Below, piece by piece: positions 33,157-42,352 of a stretch of 64,000 nt of DNA. This stretch comes from an uncultured Acidobacteriota bacterium (GTDB taxonomy: Bacteria > Acidobacteriota > Terriglobia > Acidiferrales > UBA7541): positions 2,367,137 to 2,431,136 of the forward strand of contig CAWJZY010000002.1 of assembly GCA_963847505.1 (NCBI GenBank), written 5' to 3'. Both the position numbers and the translations under genes were made by a program. The notes beneath the pieces are model-generated. The model made no database searches. It had not been told where the DNA came from and saw only the letters and a list, made by a program, of their open reading frames with translations. How positions within the stretch are numbered: the stretch's first letter is position 1; every line of letters starts with the position of its first letter.

Positions 33157-34782
33157 TCAGGGTCGACGGGCAATCGGAAGTTCCGATCCATTTCCGCTGG
33201 TTTTGCGTTCGAGCCGGGTGAGACGGCGTTCAAGCCGCGCTTTCCATTTGCGACAGAAGTCAAAATTGGAAGAGAAATCCGCCGCATGTCGCGCTCCACT
33301 AGCGCGGTGAACGAGCGCCAAGCCGTGCCGCGTAAGCTCGGTTGCGCGGACCAGCGAGCGCCCACGGTGTTCGAAATGAATGGCAAGCTGTTCGCACGCT
33401 TCGAGAGAGGCTGCGAGATGACTGCTGGTTGAAACTGATGCTTGCGCCGCTATGCCTCGCAGCAATATCCGTTTGAGGGTACGCGATTGTGTGGGCGCGA
33501 GATTTTTCAGCGCGCCAGGGACGTCCCGCGCAGTACCCAACAGTGTTTCCCACAACTTGACGGCGTCAGGCAAGTCGCCTGCCCGCTTGGCGGATCGAGC
33601 CAGGTAGCGCCGAGCGGCGCGATCGTGCTCCGCGGGCAGCCCGGCAGCGAGCGCAGCCCAGCAAGCCTTTCGCGCCCGCATGGATTCACCGCGCCGTTCA
33701 AGTAAGCGGGAAAGGCCATACAGATCCAGTGGGGCATGAGAGGCTGCACCAGCCACTGGAATATCGCGATCTTCGTTCACTACAGCGCCTGAATCATTAT
33801 TTGACGATCCGGCCACGGCAGTGAGTTGGAAGCCGTCAGCGGATGGCGTTTCCGACCGATGTGTCCCGTTGCCCATTTCTTCCCCGACCATTTCAATAAT
33901 GTGTCCCGCAAGCGCGGCCAGCCCGCGCAGGTCCATCTGGTTATGCTGAAACACGGGCACCAGCGGCGCGGCCACGCCTCCGCGCACAAAACTGAAGTAA
34001 GCCTCGGGAATATCTCCGGAGTCCATATCATTGTCGCGCGTCCAGTCCAGCCGCGAGCCTGGTGAAACATGCAAGACGTGCCGTTCGAGTTCCGCCAGCC
34101 GTACCGACGCCAGCCTTGGCCGCCACAGTTGCCGCGCCGGGTGGAGAAAATCCAGATGCGCAGCGGAAATTCGCGGAGTGATGCTGCGCGTCATGCGAAA
34201 ACGGGTTTCCAGCAGCGGCCAGTCAAAGCTCTTGCCGTTGAAGGTAACGAGCACGCGCCGCTCGGCAAGCCGCTCATCAAGCGCCAGCAGCAATGAGTGC
34301 TCCTCCCCAAAGTCTCGCATGAAGAGTTGCTCGACTTGCAGCCCGCCGGAATCCCACCACGCCAGACCCACGAGAAACGCGTACGTGCCGGAGCCTCCTA
34401 CGAGCCCCGTCGTTTCTGTATCGAGGAACAACCACTGCGAGGGATCAGCGGCCAATTCCGCATCGCAGACAACTTTGCGCTTTACAGACGACCGCTTTCG
34501 TCCCATATTGCCTTCAGCAAGAAGTAGCCGCAACGCGCGTGCCGCGCGTTCGTCCCCGGGATTCAGACAAGGTTCCGGCGTAGCAAACCATCGGCGAATC
34601 ACGAGGTGTTCACCAAAACGGTTGCGCTGAACGGTGGCACCGGTTAGGCGCGCAAGATCTCCGCCATCGCTATCGGCAGGCAAAGTTTCGCGCTGCGGGG
34701 CACTCGTTGACGAACCTTTTCGAGCCGGGCGCAGGGCCGCGACTCGCGAGAATTTCTCATTCAATGTGCTTTGGAAACTCAA
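33157..34782 (-). CDS. RNase H-like/DEDD exonuclease with helical-repeat C-terminal domain (YprB/MrfB-like)
   Basis: TTG start overlapping the upstream stop by 4 nt. Core WLFLDTETTGL...VTFNGKSFDWPLLETR...FQHNQMDLRGL. The C-terminal ~200 aa are Ala/Arg/Leu-rich and TPR-like. Confidence 0.8.
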   Translation of the reverse strand: MSFQSTLNEKFSRVAALRPARKGSSTSAPQRETLPADSDGGDLARLTGATVQRNRFGEHLVIRRWFATPEPCLNPGDERAARALRLLLAEGNMGRKRSSVKRKVVCDAELAADPSQWLFLDTETTGLVGGSGTYAFLVGLAWWDSGGLQVEQLFMRDFGEEHSLLLALDERLAERRVLVTFNGKSFDWPLLETRFRMTRSITPRISAAHLDFLHPARQLWRPRLASVRLAELERHVLHVSPGSRLDWTRDNDMDSGDIPEAYFSFVRGGVAAPLVPVFQHNQMDLRGLAALAGHIIEMVGEEMGNGTHRSETPSADGFQLTAVAGSSNNDSGAVVNEDRDIPVAGAASHAPLDLYGLSRLLERRGESMRARKACWAALAAGLPAEHDRAARRYLARSAKRAGDLPDAVKLWETLLGTARDVPGALKNLAPTQSRTLKRILLRGIAAQASVSTSSHLAASLEACEQLAIHFEHRGRSLVRATELTRHGLALVHRASGARHAADFSSNFDFCRKWKARLERRLTRLERKTSGNGSELPIARRP

Positions 34783-35141
34783 ACTCGCTCCATCAGTTCG
34801 ATCCTGTTTCCGAATGGATCTTCAACATGAACGCGCCGGTACCCATCCGCCGGCACGTCAGGCGATGTTCGGTACCCGAGCTGCTCGCACCGCGCGATGA
34901 TTTCCGCTAATCCTTCCACCACCAGTGCCGGATGCGCTTTCTTCGCGGGCCGGAAATCCGCTTCCACACCTAAATGGATCCTCACGTCGCCTTGTTCAAA
35001 CCACGCGCCGCCGCGCTTTGCCAGGTCAGACGGCTTCGGCGTTTCCGGCAGATTCAGCACGCCGCCATAAAAGGCGCGGGCGCGGTCTTCTTCGCCGGGT
35101 GGCATGGCGAGCTGAACGTGATGGATGCCGCAAATCTTCAT
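34779..35141 (-). CDS. VOC-family protein (glyoxalase / bleomycin-resistance / dioxygenase fold)
   Basis: 120 aa: GIHHVQLAMPPG...ARAFYGGVLNL...HLGVE...HPALVV...RVHVEDPFGNRIEL, the paired beta-alpha-beta-beta-beta pattern of VOC proteins. Confidence 0.85.
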   Translation of the reverse strand: MKICGIHHVQLAMPPGEEDRARAFYGGVLNLPETPKPSDLAKRGGAWFEQGDVRIHLGVEADFRPAKKAHPALVVEGLAEIIARCEQLGYRTSPDVPADGYRRVHVEDPFGNRIELMERV

Positions 35142-35153
35142 TCGTTCTGCTCC

Positions 35154-37583
35154 CTATGCGCCCAGCCGTTCGAGAATTGCGAGCGCGGCTTCCTTCGCTC
35201 GCTCGTTGCCCTCGCTGCCCGGGCCGACGCACGACGGACACCCCTTCTCGCACGCACAACCGGCAATTAGCTCGCGGGTTTTCCCAAGCAGCAATGCATG
35301 TGCGCGAAAAAGCGGCTCGCTGAAACCGATTCCACCAGGATATGCATCGTACAAATACAAATTCGGCTCAAAGAATTCTTTTTCGTTCTTATTCGCTCTA
35401 ATTTCCTCAAGGCTCGGCGGAGTCTCCCACCCGTCGCTGCCGGGCGCAACGCCGGGAGATGGAGGGCGCTCGCCGATGGCGGACGCCAGATCGCGGCCAT
35501 CGCACATCAGCAGCAACGTCGCCACGCTGTGCATAGCATGCAGCAGACCGCGCATGCCGTCCTGCCGCTCGCTGATCGAATATGGCAATGATTGCACCAG
35601 GGCGCGATCCAGCGTCGTCCAGCACGCCGTAGTGTGCATTTCGTTTTCCGGCAGGTCGAGTTTGCCCGCGCCCACGTCTTCATGCGTGAAAAACTTGATC
35701 TTCTTAAAGCCTACAACTTGTGAACGCACCAGCACATCACCGTGCGCCCGCGACGCATGGAGATTGGTCGCGTGTTCCTCTTTCTCCCGCGTAATGCGCA
35801 TCTGATCCGCAAGCTCCAGCACACGCACTTGCGTGTATCGGATCGCATCGGTGTAATAGTCCATTTCCACGCGCTTTACAAACGCCTTGTGCTCCACGAA
35901 ATCCATGCGCTCAACATGATATTGCTGGCCCTGGTGCAGATAAATCGCCTTGGGATGCACAGTCGTAAGCGCGCTCGAGAAGCCCACTTCGCCAACCACT
36001 TCCGGTGCGTTTGTGATGTCCACGATCACAAAATTATCCGAGGTGACCGACCGCAAACTTACCGTGTCCGCCGGATACGCTTCCTGCGTCCAGTGCCAGT
36101 GTTCGCCGCTGCGGTGCAGGAAGCCGGCTTCCGCAAGCCGTTCGCAAAGTTCGGGCAAATCCACCCCTCCAAACTTTTCATCCGCGGCAAGCGGCAACTC
36201 AAATGCAGCACACTTCAAATGATTCACCAGCACCTCAAGATTGTCGGGTTGGATGTAAGCGTGTTCAGGCGAGCGTCCGAAGAAATAATCCGGGTGACGC
36301 ACCACATATTGGTCCAACGGCGCGGAGCTGGCGACCATAACCGCGCAGGAACTTCCCGAGCGCCTTCCCGCACGGCCCGCGCGCTGCCAAGTGGACGCAA
36401 TCGTCCCCGGATAACCGGCCATCACCACGGCATCGAGTGAACCGACATCAATGCCCAATTCAAGCGCATTGGTTGTAACTACTCCGCGGATTCGTCCCTC
36501 GCGCAATCCGCGCTCAATTTCCCGCCTCTCGCCCGGCAAATAGCCGCCACGGTAGCCGCGCACAGCTTGCGGCGTGCCCGGTGACGAGGGAAACGCCTGC
36601 TGCAAATAGGTGAGCAGCACTTCCGTATGCAGACGGCTATTGGCGAAGACCATCGTCTGCATGTTGTGTTTCAGAAATTCCTGCGACAGCCGGGAAGTCT
36701 CATGGATGTAACTCCGCCGGATGCCAAGATAACGGTTCACGACGGGCGGATTGTAGAAAACAAAAACTTTTTCAGCGGCTGGGGCGCCGTTTGTATCCAG
36801 CACTTCGACGCTGTCCTCGATCAGCCGGCTCGCGAGCTCTCCGGGATTCGCAATCGTCGCCGAGCTGCAAATAAATTGCGGCTTGGAGCCGTAGAAGTTT
36901 GCGATGCGCCGCAGCCGCCGCAGCACATTGCACAGGTGGCTTCCAAACACGCCGCGATACGTGTGCAGCTCATCCAGCACGATGTAACGCAGGTTCTCAA
37001 ACAGCCGCTGCCATTTCGTGTGGTGCGGCAGGATTCCCGTGTGCAGCATGTCAGGATTTGTCAGAACGATGTGGCCCTTCTCGCGTATGGCGGATCGCGC
37101 GTCGGAAGGTGTGTCGCCGTCGTAGGTGTACACGCCGAAGGCATCGTCCACGCGCTTCGCCAGGTCGTGCAGTTCGGCAAGCTGATCCTGCGCCAGCGCC
37201 TTCGTCGGAAAAAGATAAAGCGCGCGCGTATCGGTATTTTCCAGCACCGTATTCAACACCGGCACGTTGTAGCAAAGCGTTTTGCCGCTCGCCGTCGGCG
37301 TTACGACCACAATGTTGCGCCCGGCGCGGACCGCTTCAGCCGCGGTAGCTTGATGCGTGTAAAGCTGCGCGATCCCCTTGGCGGAAAAAGCGGCGGCAAG
37401 CTCGGGGCGGAGCCATTCAGGCATCGGCGCCCATTGCGCTTCGCGTGCCGGAATGTGGTGAATGGCGGTGATGACCTCGCCTGTGGCGTCGCGAGCGACG
37501 AGCTGCTCAACAATCTCGCGAATTTCATGAGCGCGGGTAAGCGCGTTGCCTCGTGCTGTGCGCACCGCCAGGGTTTGTGACAT
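35154..37583 (-). CDS. DEAD/DEAH-box SF2 helicase with C-terminal four-Cys (DUF1998/MrfA-Zn type) domain (YprA/MrfA-like)
   Basis: 809 aa. Motif I TPTASGKT, motif II VLDELH followed by TYRGVFGSHLCNVLRRLRRI, C-terminal CACEKGCPSCVGPG. Confidence 0.9.
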   Translation of the reverse strand: MSQTLAVRTARGNALTRAHEIREIVEQLVARDATGEVITAIHHIPAREAQWAPMPEWLRPELAAAFSAKGIAQLYTHQATAAEAVRAGRNIVVVTPTASGKTLCYNVPVLNTVLENTDTRALYLFPTKALAQDQLAELHDLAKRVDDAFGVYTYDGDTPSDARSAIREKGHIVLTNPDMLHTGILPHHTKWQRLFENLRYIVLDELHTYRGVFGSHLCNVLRRLRRIANFYGSKPQFICSSATIANPGELASRLIEDSVEVLDTNGAPAAEKVFVFYNPPVVNRYLGIRRSYIHETSRLSQEFLKHNMQTMVFANSRLHTEVLLTYLQQAFPSSPGTPQAVRGYRGGYLPGERREIERGLREGRIRGVVTTNALELGIDVGSLDAVVMAGYPGTIASTWQRAGRAGRRSGSSCAVMVASSAPLDQYVVRHPDYFFGRSPEHAYIQPDNLEVLVNHLKCAAFELPLAADEKFGGVDLPELCERLAEAGFLHRSGEHWHWTQEAYPADTVSLRSVTSDNFVIVDITNAPEVVGEVGFSSALTTVHPKAIYLHQGQQYHVERMDFVEHKAFVKRVEMDYYTDAIRYTQVRVLELADQMRITREKEEHATNLHASRAHGDVLVRSQVVGFKKIKFFTHEDVGAGKLDLPENEMHTTACWTTLDRALVQSLPYSISERQDGMRGLLHAMHSVATLLLMCDGRDLASAIGERPPSPGVAPGSDGWETPPSLEEIRANKNEKEFFEPNLYLYDAYPGGIGFSEPLFRAHALLLGKTRELIAGCACEKGCPSCVGPGSEGNERAKEAALAILERLGA

Positions 37584-37689
37584 AGGGACTCACTCCGGCC
37601 GACTTCGCCTTTTGTTCGCTTAAAATACCACGCCCGCGCGCCTGCCGCAACTGCCGTTATTTCCTGAAGTTGCAAACCCCGACGAGCTT

Positions 37690-38919
37690 CTACGCGGACC
37701 GCTGCTTAGGGGCGCTTCCTGAGCTATACATCAATAGCAATCCGCCCGAGGCGGTCAGGAGGGCTGCATACATAAATCCAGCCGCGGGCGAAATCTCTGT
37801 CCAGAGAAATCCCACGATGATGCTGGAAAAAAAATCGCCGATGCCATTTACGGTTGCCAGCACTCCGTACCCTGTCGCCCGGATATCTCGCGGAAGCAAT
37901 TCCGCGGCGACGCTTTTTTCGAGCGTGTCTTGAATCGCTACGTAGAGTCCCGCCAGGCCAAACAAACCGATCAGTTCAGGTACCCGGGGAGGCGCCAGGA
38001 TAAATCCCACGGACATCATCGCCGCGAGCAGATAGCCCGCGATCAAAATGCCCCGGCGGCCAATTTTGTCGCCGAGCGCGCCAGCGGGGTAGCACGCGGC
38101 CGCGTAAATCACGTTATGGAACGTGTACAGCGCCACGGCAATTCCTCCGGCGCGCGCGATGCCGTAAACCGGCGTAAGCAATTGCACGGCGCGAAGGATC
38201 AGCAGCGTATGCGCGAAGTCACCCAAGCCAAACACAGCCACGGCTTTCAGAAATTGTCGAAAGTCATGTGGCAGCCGCGCAAGGCTCGCGGTGAAAGGAA
38301 GTGGATGATGCTCGCCGGTCCGCAAACTTGTAGGTACAAGCGTGGCGAAGACCAGAGCCGCGAGCGCGCCCGGCAACAACGTCCAGCGCATAGCGACGCG
38401 GACACTCGTCATTGCTACGAGCGCCGTGGCGCACAACGGTCCTAGAACCGCGCCGATGGTATCCATCGTGCGCTCAAACCCAAACGCGCGCCCCACCAGA
38501 CTGGGCGCCACGGCGTCCGTCAACAACACATCTCGCGCTGGCCCGCGCGCGCCGCGGCCCATCCATCCGATGGCTCGCGATGCGAGCACCTGCGGCCACG
38601 ATCCGACAAAGCCGAACGCAAATGTGGAAAGCCCCGTCAGCAGATAGCCGGTTACGGCAACGGGTTTGCGCAATGCAGGACGGTCGGCGATCCATCCGCC
38701 GGCAAGCTTGGCAAAGCTGGAAAGTCCGTCGGCGACTCCTTCAATTACGCCGAGCGCGTACGCAGGCGCGCCCAGACTGGCAAGCAGAATCGGCAGCAAC
38801 GCAGTGCCAATCTCATGCCCCCAGTCGGAGCACAAGCTTGCAAGACCAATGCCAAACACGCCGCGCGTGAGCCAGCGGCCTGATGCGTTAGTCTGAGACT
38901 CTTTCGACGACGGTTGCAT
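37690..38919 (-). CDS. MFS transporter
   Basis: 409 aa, about 12 TM segments, with an MFS-like loop motif GWIADRPALRKP between TM2 and TM3. Confidence 0.85.
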   Translation of the reverse strand: MQPSSKESQTNASGRWLTRGVFGIGLASLCSDWGHEIGTALLPILLASLGAPAYALGVIEGVADGLSSFAKLAGGWIADRPALRKPVAVTGYLLTGLSTFAFGFVGSWPQVLASRAIGWMGRGARGPARDVLLTDAVAPSLVGRAFGFERTMDTIGAVLGPLCATALVAMTSVRVAMRWTLLPGALAALVFATLVPTSLRTGEHHPLPFTASLARLPHDFRQFLKAVAVFGLGDFAHTLLILRAVQLLTPVYGIARAGGIAVALYTFHNVIYAAACYPAGALGDKIGRRGILIAGYLLAAMMSVGFILAPPRVPELIGLFGLAGLYVAIQDTLEKSVAAELLPRDIRATGYGVLATVNGIGDFFSSIIVGFLWTEISPAAGFMYAALLTASGGLLLMYSSGSAPKQRSA

Positions 38920-38977
38920 TTCTGAGTCCGGATTCTAACTGAATCCTGCACAGCATCCCCGTCAGTGGGATGTGTAT

Positions 38978-39481
38978 TTATTTTGGTGGGGGAGTTGCGG
39001 TTCCGTTTCCCTTTGTCGTCACTGTGATATTTTCCAGGTAGGCGCCGTCAGTTGATACCACTAAGTCCGCTTTAATTTTGTCGCCGGGGTTGATCTGTTC
39101 CAATAATTTTGGATCCTTCACTGAAAACGGCATTTCCATCGCCGTCATGAATCCGGGAATCTCATCTCCATCCACATCCACAGTCTTGCTCGCCTTATCA
39201 ATGGAGATGACACGCCCCGTGAATTGATAACGCTTCGCGTTGGTATTCGTGTTGTTTGTTGGCGCTGTTCCGCATGATACCAGTAAACCGGCACAGAGAA
39301 GCGCGACAGTACATAAGAAAAGGCCGCCGCGGACCGCGATATGCGCGCGGCCGCCGCCGGCGGCGGTTCTCCGCAAGATCCCGAAGTCAGAATGTGCCAG
39401 CTTATTGTCTGGTGTGCCGCCTTTCGATCCTGGCATCGCGTCGCTCGACATCATAGCTTCGAAGCAATTCTGACCCGCCAT
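38978..39481 (-). CDS. CusF-like metal-binding lipoprotein (start uncertain: 39481, 39454, 39436 or a non-ATG codon)
   Basis: Lipobox LLVSCG. C-terminal OB-fold-like GRVISIDKASKTVDVDGDEIPGFMTAMEMPFSVKDPKLLEQINPGDKIKADL resembles the CusF copper/silver-binding domain with its Met-rich site. Confidence 0.65.
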   Translation of the reverse strand: MAGQNCFEAMMSSDAMPGSKGGTPDNKLAHSDFGILRRTAAGGGRAHIAVRGGLFLCTVALLCAGLLVSCGTAPTNNTNTNAKRYQFTGRVISIDKASKTVDVDGDEIPGFMTAMEMPFSVKDPKLLEQINPGDKIKADLVVSTDGAYLENITVTTKGNGTATPPPK

Positions 39482-39494
39482 GCGTCTGATTCTC

Positions 39495-41795
39495 TCAGTA
39501 ATTGAACCTCCAACGCAACTCGCCATATATTTGGCGCGGGTCGTTAAAGTGAAATCCTCCGAACGTCAGACTGTTGTCCAGCTCTACGCGACGATTTGCC
39601 ACATTCAGCGCGGTTACGGAAGCGCTGAATTTCTCACTGAAACTTTTCCCGACCGATAGATCAACAGTGGTGTGTCCCGGCAGATACAGCCCGGGAAATT
39701 GCGCGTCCGGAATCCCGTTCGTGAACCCCGACCCGTAGTACACATTCACCGAAGCGAACGCCTTCCACGGAAGAGTTGCATTGAAACCCACGTTCAATGT
39801 GTTTCTCTGATCATGGTCAACCGGTGAAAGTCCAGGCGCTATATTTAGTGGGCATAGATCTGGCATGGTGCTGGGGCAGATCAAGCCTCCGGTGATGGGT
39901 GCGCTTGCCTGCGCGATTTGATTCGCATAGGCAAGGTGAAGCTGGCCGCGATGCCAAAGGCGGGGGGACCGCAGTGTGACTTCCCAACCTTGAATCAAAG
40001 CGGAACTCCATGTGATCGGCCAGAAGAGATTTGATTCTCCGATATTGTTATGATCCAGCCAATTCTTCGCCAGCGTTTGATACTCATCTGCGGAAAGAGC
40101 CCACCCGCGATAAGGAATCGTGACTCCAAACTGGTGTTCATTATCGCGCTCGCCGCGCAGGGGAGCGAAAGTAAAATTCTGGCTGTTCGCTAAACCGAGC
40201 AATGGACCTGTGGCCGTCACGAGTGGCGGGGCTTGATAGAAGTCACCATAGAATGCCCGAAAAACCCAGTTCAAGTGCGGCACTTTAAGGGCAACGCCTA
40301 ACCGGGGGTCCGTCGCGTTCTCTATGACGTCCGCCGCAAAATGCGATTGGCGAAGGCCCATCATCAAAGTCAACCATGAGGTCACTTTAAATTTATCGTC
40401 AACGAATGCGGCCGCGAGCCCTCCGGTTACGGCAATCGAAGAGGCGGGGAAGTTTTGACTGCCGTCCGTGAATTGGTTATCGAAAAAATTGTACTGGTGC
40501 TGAGCGAATCCATACACCCCGGCCTGCATATCGTTTCTCCAGAAGCTTGCGTTAATGGCCGCCTGTAAGCCTCCGTAATTGGCATTCTGATCAAGGGTTG
40601 AAATGACGGGAAAATCGTTCGCACCACCTTGGTAGTCCGCGCTGTTGTAATGATAAAAGGGAGAAACGGTAAGCAGTAATTTTGGATCGAATGTGTGGAC
40701 CCACGTGAAGGCGACGTAGCCATCGCTTTCACGCTCGCCATCGCGGAGGCCGTAACTGGGGGATTCTCCCGCCATCGCCAACTGCAGGTTTCCGATTGAG
40801 TTGGGATCAGGGTCGATCGGAATCTGGTAATAATCCTGGCGCAATGAGGTAACCATACGCAATTGGTTATTGGAATTGGGATTGTATATGAAAGACGCGA
40901 ATCCCCCATAACCGTTCTCCGCATCGTGGTCAACTTGTCCAATCGGGGTCTGAAGTCCGTAATCGCTCCGATTTCCGTTTAAGCTCGCATAATAGGCAAA
41001 GCGTTCCGTGTGGCTGCCGCAATTCAACCCGTCATTGGTTTGATAGAAATTTCCGAAGCTTGCTACGAATTCGCACTGGTTGTTTCGCTCGAAGCCGGTT
41101 CGCGGCACGATATCGAAGATTCCGTATGTACGATCTCCGTAATCGGCGTCGTAGCTGCCTCTTTGCACCTCCAGATAATCAACGTCTTTTGGGTCAATCA
41201 CCGGGCCCAGATTGGCGGCGATATTCGTGTTGGGTATCGGCACGCCGTCAATCAGCCAGTCCACCTGGTGACCTCCCCGCATGTGCAGCATGTCATGGGT
41301 CACGTACGCTGCCGGCACATAGTCGGTAATCATCTGCAAAGCGTTAGTGCGATCCGCGCCAGGTGTCTCCACGATATCCTCGCGGTCCACGAGCGTTGTG
41401 GGCGTCACGGAATCCATGTTTGTCACCAAATCCGGTGCTTCCGCCGAGACAGTCACAGTCTGGTTCACCTGCGAGATATTGAGTTCAAAATGGAGGAACG
41501 GCGAGGAATCCGCAACCACCGTAAACGTTTGTTGCATGCCCGCAAAGCCGTCCTTCGTTACGGTCAACATATAATCGCCCACTGGCACGGCCGTAAATGT
41601 AAACGAGCCATCCTGATCAGTTTGCATCGTCTGAGTCCAATCCGAGGTCGCAGACTTGAGCTTCACCGAAGCTCCCGTAATTGGCCTGTGCTGCGGATCG
41701 TGCACGATTCCCCGCACGGTTCCAAAAATTGTCGCCCAACTCACACCCGTAACCAGAAACGCCAACGCCATGGCAATTCTTACGCGATTTCCCAT
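39495..41795 (-). CDS. TonB-dependent receptor with N-terminal CarboxypepD_reg-like domain
   Basis: 766 aa. Signal peptide. GIVHDPQHRPITGASVKLKS...GDYMLTVTKDGF. Plug region (...HMRGGHQVDWLIDGVPI...). Beta-barrel ending ...ELRWRFNY. Confidence 0.9.
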   Translation of the reverse strand: MGNRVRIAMALAFLVTGVSWATIFGTVRGIVHDPQHRPITGASVKLKSATSDWTQTMQTDQDGSFTFTAVPVGDYMLTVTKDGFAGMQQTFTVVADSSPFLHFELNISQVNQTVTVSAEAPDLVTNMDSVTPTTLVDREDIVETPGADRTNALQMITDYVPAAYVTHDMLHMRGGHQVDWLIDGVPIPNTNIAANLGPVIDPKDVDYLEVQRGSYDADYGDRTYGIFDIVPRTGFERNNQCEFVASFGNFYQTNDGLNCGSHTERFAYYASLNGNRSDYGLQTPIGQVDHDAENGYGGFASFIYNPNSNNQLRMVTSLRQDYYQIPIDPDPNSIGNLQLAMAGESPSYGLRDGERESDGYVAFTWVHTFDPKLLLTVSPFYHYNSADYQGGANDFPVISTLDQNANYGGLQAAINASFWRNDMQAGVYGFAQHQYNFFDNQFTDGSQNFPASSIAVTGGLAAAFVDDKFKVTSWLTLMMGLRQSHFAADVIENATDPRLGVALKVPHLNWVFRAFYGDFYQAPPLVTATGPLLGLANSQNFTFAPLRGERDNEHQFGVTIPYRGWALSADEYQTLAKNWLDHNNIGESNLFWPITWSSALIQGWEVTLRSPRLWHRGQLHLAYANQIAQASAPITGGLICPSTMPDLCPLNIAPGLSPVDHDQRNTLNVGFNATLPWKAFASVNVYYGSGFTNGIPDAQFPGLYLPGHTTVDLSVGKSFSEKFSASVTALNVANRRVELDNSLTFGGFHFNDPRQIYGELRWRFNY

Positions 41796-41897
41796 TGGTT
41801 CCTCCAGGCTCCTGCAATTTCAAGGTGACACGCCGTCACGCGAAGGAAATTCCTTCGGTTGTTTTCTGCTTTTTGTAAACGACGCGGTTCGGGAGAG

Positions 41898-42293
41898 TTA
41901 ACTTCGGGGAGGCGGAGTATCAGGAAGCTGTGAAATTGGATGCACTGGTGCTGCCCCTGCGAGCGCAACCGGCGTCTGTACCGTGGCGCGTACGAGTCTC
42001 ACCGGTGCGGACAATACGAAAAACCCTACACTTACGACATTATCATTGTGCTGCTGGCACGCGCTTGCCTCGCAATTCGGGCCCGAACCGTGCTGTTGCG
42101 AATGCATCGGACAGTCCGGCATTGTCTGACGCGCGACCGCTGGCCTCGCCATGTGCCCTGGCCGCGCGCACATGCCTCCAACGCAACAACTGAGCGTCTT
42201 CACAGGGAGAAGCGCCGCCGCTAGCGGAGCGGCGTAAATCCCGGCGAACAATAAAAGAAGCACCGAACTTGTCACGCGTCGAATCATGTTCAT
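41898..42293 (-). CDS. small secreted Cys/His/Met-rich protein
   Basis: Start at MNMIRR (42293) or MIRR (42287). Signal VTSSVLLLLFAGIYAAPLAAA. The mature part has 6 Cys, 5 His and 4 Met within ~60 residues (SCCVGGMCARPGHM...MPDCPMHSQQHGSGPNCEASACQQH). Confidence 0.55.
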   Translation of the reverse strand: MNMIRRVTSSVLLLLFAGIYAAPLAAALLPVKTLSCCVGGMCARPGHMARPAVARQTMPDCPMHSQQHGSGPNCEASACQQHNDNVVSVGFFVLSAPVRLVRATVQTPVALAGAAPVHPISQLPDTPPPRS

Positions 42294-42352
42294 TTCAAAC
42301 ACCAGCATTCTACAGCAAAGAGCCACCCGAATCAAAAATGATCCGAAGGCTT

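Noticed and set aside
36627-37580. 317-aa plus-strand ORF (and others at 35125-35805, 35742-36440) antisense to the helicase gene
   Set aside because: The helicase motifs are continuous on the minus strand. The antisense products are Arg/His/Val-rich shadows.
41010-41828. 272-aa plus-strand ORF antisense to the TonB receptor gene
   Set aside because: The receptor frame runs from signal peptide to terminal aromatic residue on the minus strand. The antisense product is His/Arg/Ile-rich.
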